Assembly: GCA_964234715.1 (NCBI GenBank)
Contig: OZ174288.1
Strand: one strand, 5' to 3'
Length of the DNA stretch: 64,000 bases
DNA from: Podarcis melisellensis
Lineage: Eukaryota
Numbering within the stretch: position 1 is the stretch's first letter; each line of letters starts with the position of its first letter. The position numbers were made by a program, and so were the translations under genes. Shown here in pieces: positions 60,319 through 64,000 of this stretch. Below the pieces are notes generated by a model. It was not told the origin of the DNA, did no database searches, and saw only the letters and a list, made by a program, of their open reading frames with translations.

Positions 60319-61709
60319 CTGCAAGGGAATCAGAACGAGGTGGTCACGGTGGGGGGGGGGATGAGGTGCTAAGAATACCCCCCAAGCTCCTTGTAAACCC
60401 CTTCCTTTGCACCGTCACAGCTTTGGGCACAGGGCCTGGCAACTGTCCCACCCTGAAGAATGCCAGGAGGATCCCAGGGCAGCGTCTAATAGTAGCCACA
60501 CAATCTGGATGGGGTGGGGGTGCATATTACCCCAAGGAGAGTTAGGGTGAGGGTCCCATCCTGTGCAGCCCGCAGGTTAGATCTGCTGGCTTTGCCCCCT
60601 CCCACTAGAGAAGTGCTGCCCCGCCCAACTCCAAGCGCCAGGAAGGTCTGGGCTCAGGGCCACTGGCAACCTTGCAACCAGCCCAGTCTACCTAGCTGAT
60701 GCTGCTGCCACCCCCAGCCCCCGTTCCTTCTGTTCCCATTGGCTGGGATTCCTCCTGCTGGCACAAAGCCCACCCCAAAGACCTGCAATGTCCCCTTGGG
60801 CAGCCTTGCCTGTTTGTCCATGTCTATTCCATCAAACTGCTCCTCCCTCCCAAGCCCCGTGCCTACTTACACCAGGGGGGCTTGTCTGAGCGGGGGCGTA
60901 GAGGCAGAGAAGAGGAGAGAATCTGCTGCGGCGTCAAGTCCTCGCCTGGCCCCTGGCTCTCCATCAGGGAGTCCAAGAGCGCTGCAGGACAGAGGAGGAG
61001 GACAACACTGTGAGCCCTCGGCAAGGGCCTGTCTAGGCACCACCCCTTCTGCCCACCCCCACCTTGGAGTCAAAGATGCCCCTTGCTCAAGCTAACCTTT
61101 GAGGGGCCTGGGGTTTTCCTGGTGACCAGGAAGGCACTTCTGTCGAAGCCCTCAGGTATCCCCCCAACCCAGGCCAGCCCCCACACTATTTTAGCCAAGT
61201 TCTGCTCATCTATCACATGCTTCGCAGTAAACATAAATGTCTTCTTCACTCTCAAGCTTTCCTTAGCTGATTAAGGGCTTCTCTCCTATATCCTGCAGCT
61301 CCTTAGCTCATGCAGCTGCAATACCAAGACACCAAAGGGTCTCTGTGCTGAGATGGGGTGCCCTTTCGGTGGCGGCACCCCAGAAAATGGGTATTCTATT
61401 TTTGTGTGCAGTGAAATGTGTTGCTTCTACACAGCTGGGCAAAGCTGCTTTGGAAAACATGGGTGCTGCCCTGCGGAAAGCCCTGGGGCAGAAGGGGGCT
61501 CAGTTTGAGGGGGTGGCCACCCGGGACCCCAGCACAGTGCCCAACCTGCTTGCCTGTGATGGTACCTGGGGCAGCTCCTGGGTGGGGAGTGCTGGTGCTG
61601 CAGGTCCTGGAGACGGCTGTCAGGAAGCTGTTGACCTGGCGCAGGGAGAGCGAGTTGTGCAGGGTCTCCAAGGGGTAGATGCTGGGCACCATGGAGCAGC
61701 CTTCAAAGC
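59768..61709 (-). CDS. PPIP5K1: Diphosphoinositol pentakisphosphate kinase 1, last three coding exons (61566-61709, 60871-60981, 59768-60318)
   Basis: GFEGCSMVPSIYPLETLHNSLSLRQV; ALLDSL..RSDKPPW; YSSGPSSTVSSAGPSSPTS followed by an acidic tail; canonical splice sites, all phase 1; synteny. Confidence 0.93.
60871..60981 (-). CDS. PPIP5K1: PPIP5K1 penultimate coding exon
   Basis: cctgcag| ... T|gtaagt. Confidence 0.92.
61566..61709 (-). CDS. PPIP5K1: PPIP5K1 antepenultimate coding exon
   Basis: ctacag| ... CAG|gtacca. Confidence 0.92.
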
Positions 61710-64000
61710 CTGTAGGCAGAGCAGACCCCCCACCCAGCGTCAAGGACCTCTGCAGAGGAGAAAACCCAGTGGCGGCTGCCTCCCCACCAGACGCCCACAA
61801 TAAGCCCAACGTCCCCCTCGAGCCACAGGCATGGAGCCCCCAAAACACACCAAAGAGCAGGCCAGACCCAGCCCAGCATCTCAGAAGCAAAAGCACGCAG
61901 GGGCTGGGAGGAAAACCTGGAGCTCTCCTAACCCACCTTCCCGCTGCCTGGCTGCCGCTCCTCCTTGTCCCTGGGGAAGCCCTTCCTTGGCACCTGGAGC
62001 CCTGGACAGACCCCCCCAAGGCTCTTCTCGACTTGCCTAGGGGGCTGTTAGAGGTGATGCGACAAACTTCAAAACCAGTTTGCCCAGGGACTCTAGTGGT
62101 ACACCATAACTGGTCCTGGTGATGGCAGCCCCAGCCCCCCCAAACCTTGGGTAGCCATTCTCAGTCTCCAGTTCTGTGTTACCCCTGCTGGGTGAACTGG
62201 CATTTCTAACCCTGGAGCTATTCCAGCAGATGGGAGAGGGAGAGCGTTAGGGTTAGGGATATACTGTCCAACCTCAGCTTCCTGCCTCCTGGTTCCCATG
62301 GAAGGGAAGGATGAAGCCCCTGCCCCCGCCACTCTGTTTCTGAAATGTCCCATCAACAACAGTTTGCTCATTCTTTTCTTACAAAGCATTTCTGAAAATT
62401 TTAGAGCAGATCACCGCTTTGTTCTCCACACAACAGACACACACACACTTGGTTCCTTGCTCCCTTTCCAGTATCACCCCCTACCCCCACCCTAGAGGAC
62501 CTGTGCTTCTATGCAGCCTGCGCCCCACACAGAGCCTGCTCCAAGCTGGGAGGAAAGCTTGGCCAGGAAGGGATAAGAAGGGCAGAGGGGTTGGGCCTGA
62601 ACAGTGTTCGAAACTCCCATTGTTCTAGGCGCATTTTGTGACAGGGAATTTCATTAGCACGAGCAGTTCTGAGCTCTGGGTGCAGTACTGTGCCTAAGAT
62701 TTCAGATTAAAACTGCAGACTGGAAGGAAAGGAGGACCTTTTTCTGCATCCCCACTTCCAGCTACTCTCTGAAGACTGGAGAAGAAACCCTATTAAGACT
62801 ATTAGGGGGGTGGGCAGGGGAAGGATAGACCATGTCAAAAATGAACATAATATTTTAGCTGCAGATCATTCTTTTTCAGCTTTGCATTCTTGTTATTGAA
62901 AAAATGCACATACTCCTAGACATTCTGTTGTTGTGCCCTTAACCTAGGTTTAAGGTGCCATTTAGCCTAGCTTTCATTTCTCAGTTTATAACAGTGAGCC
63001 TGGGCAGAGACCTCTGCACTCCCAGAGGAGTTGGGGGTCCAGAGCCCCCCGCCCTTTGTCAGTCAGCCAGCCCCACCATGCACTGAGCTCTGGAGTCAAG
63101 GCACTCCTGGCTTACGGCTATACAGTCTGCAAATAGCTGCTCAGGAGCTGCCTCCCACCTGCAGGCTGTTTAGGTGCCCCATCCAGGAGGTGGCTTTTGT
63201 CACTGCAGCACCTGAGCAGAGGATGCTGCAGAATGCTCAGCAATACTCCAGTGGGTGTGCGTGGAAGGGAAAGGGCTGCATCAGGCAAGGAAGCCTGGAC
63301 TCCAGTGCCTCACGTCGGTCAAACCAGCAGAACATCCGCTAACCAATTCTGGCATCACAAACCAACATTCGACCGTTTTAAGGAGAGCTGAGCCAATTTT
63401 CTGAAGCTGCAAAATCTGCATTTATGACCCAAGAAACTCTTAGGAAGCCACTGTGCAAATTATACACAAACCTGAAACTGTTCCTCTCTTGGACGCTGAG
63501 CACCACTCGGGGGGCGCTTTGCACCAGTCCAAAAGAGCTGCTGCCTTTTAAACTGCAGGGACTTGTGCTGCAAACAAGGCAGGGTTGTGAAAGGAGCCTG
63601 CAAGTGAGCCTCCTCTCCCCGGGAAGGGAACGGCACCAGTGGAAGAGAAGCTCCCGCCCAGAAGACGCAGGCCAAAGGGAGGGGAGGCCTGGTCCTCTTT
63701 CCCACTGAGCTGCCCTGATAGTGGAACTCAAACCAGCCTGGCCGTGATCACGCAGGGGCAGACAGAAGGAAGAAGGCCATTCCTGGGCAGTGTTGGTCTG
63801 CAATGACCCAAGCAGTAGACTCCTCTGGAAGACAAGCCAGGCATCTTGCAGGCAGCTGCCAACCTCCCCCACCTGCAGGTTCCCGGTCAAGAGCCACCTG
63901 GGCAGCTTTGCCCTAAAATCAGGCTTTGGCCTCCTGGGAAGAAAGCCCAGCCCAGTGCTCAAAGCCATGCAGAGAGTGGCTGGGCCTGTGTGCCAGGGTG

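Noticed and set aside
62093-63968. Additional PPIP5K1 exons (ORFs 62093..62389 and 63378..63968)
   Set aside because: No similarity to the PPIP5K sequence I recall; treated as intron, though an unrecognised alternative exon cannot be excluded

Overview
Vertebrate genomic DNA. Sauria-type SINEs and CR1/L2/L1/Penelope remnants point to a squamate, probably a lacertid lizard (inference). The window holds the conserved TP53BP1-MAP1A-PPIP5K1 gene cluster. TP53BP1 is on the minus strand: ATG at 15766 and 15 phase-consistent coding exons down to 1594, with the gene continuing past the left edge. MAP1A is complete on the plus strand: 7 coding exons spanning 20943-54430, about 3066 aa, including an 8.3-kb exon 5 and a polyA signal at 56889. 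The last three coding exons and 3' UTR of PPIP5K1 are on the minus strand, converging on MAP1A. Introns and intergenic DNA carry many transposon remnants, several with readable target-site duplications. I found no new multi-gene system. The best leads are an apparently fused first coding exon of TP53BP1 (possible intron loss), a GC-AG intron, RFX X-boxes overlapping both MAP1A start codons, an intronic RE1/NRSE, an internal CpG-island promoter in MAP1A, a Ty1/copia remnant, a solo LTR, a hammerhead-like Penelope remnant and an intronic hairpin. Comparisons with mammalian orthologues are from recall, not from a search.
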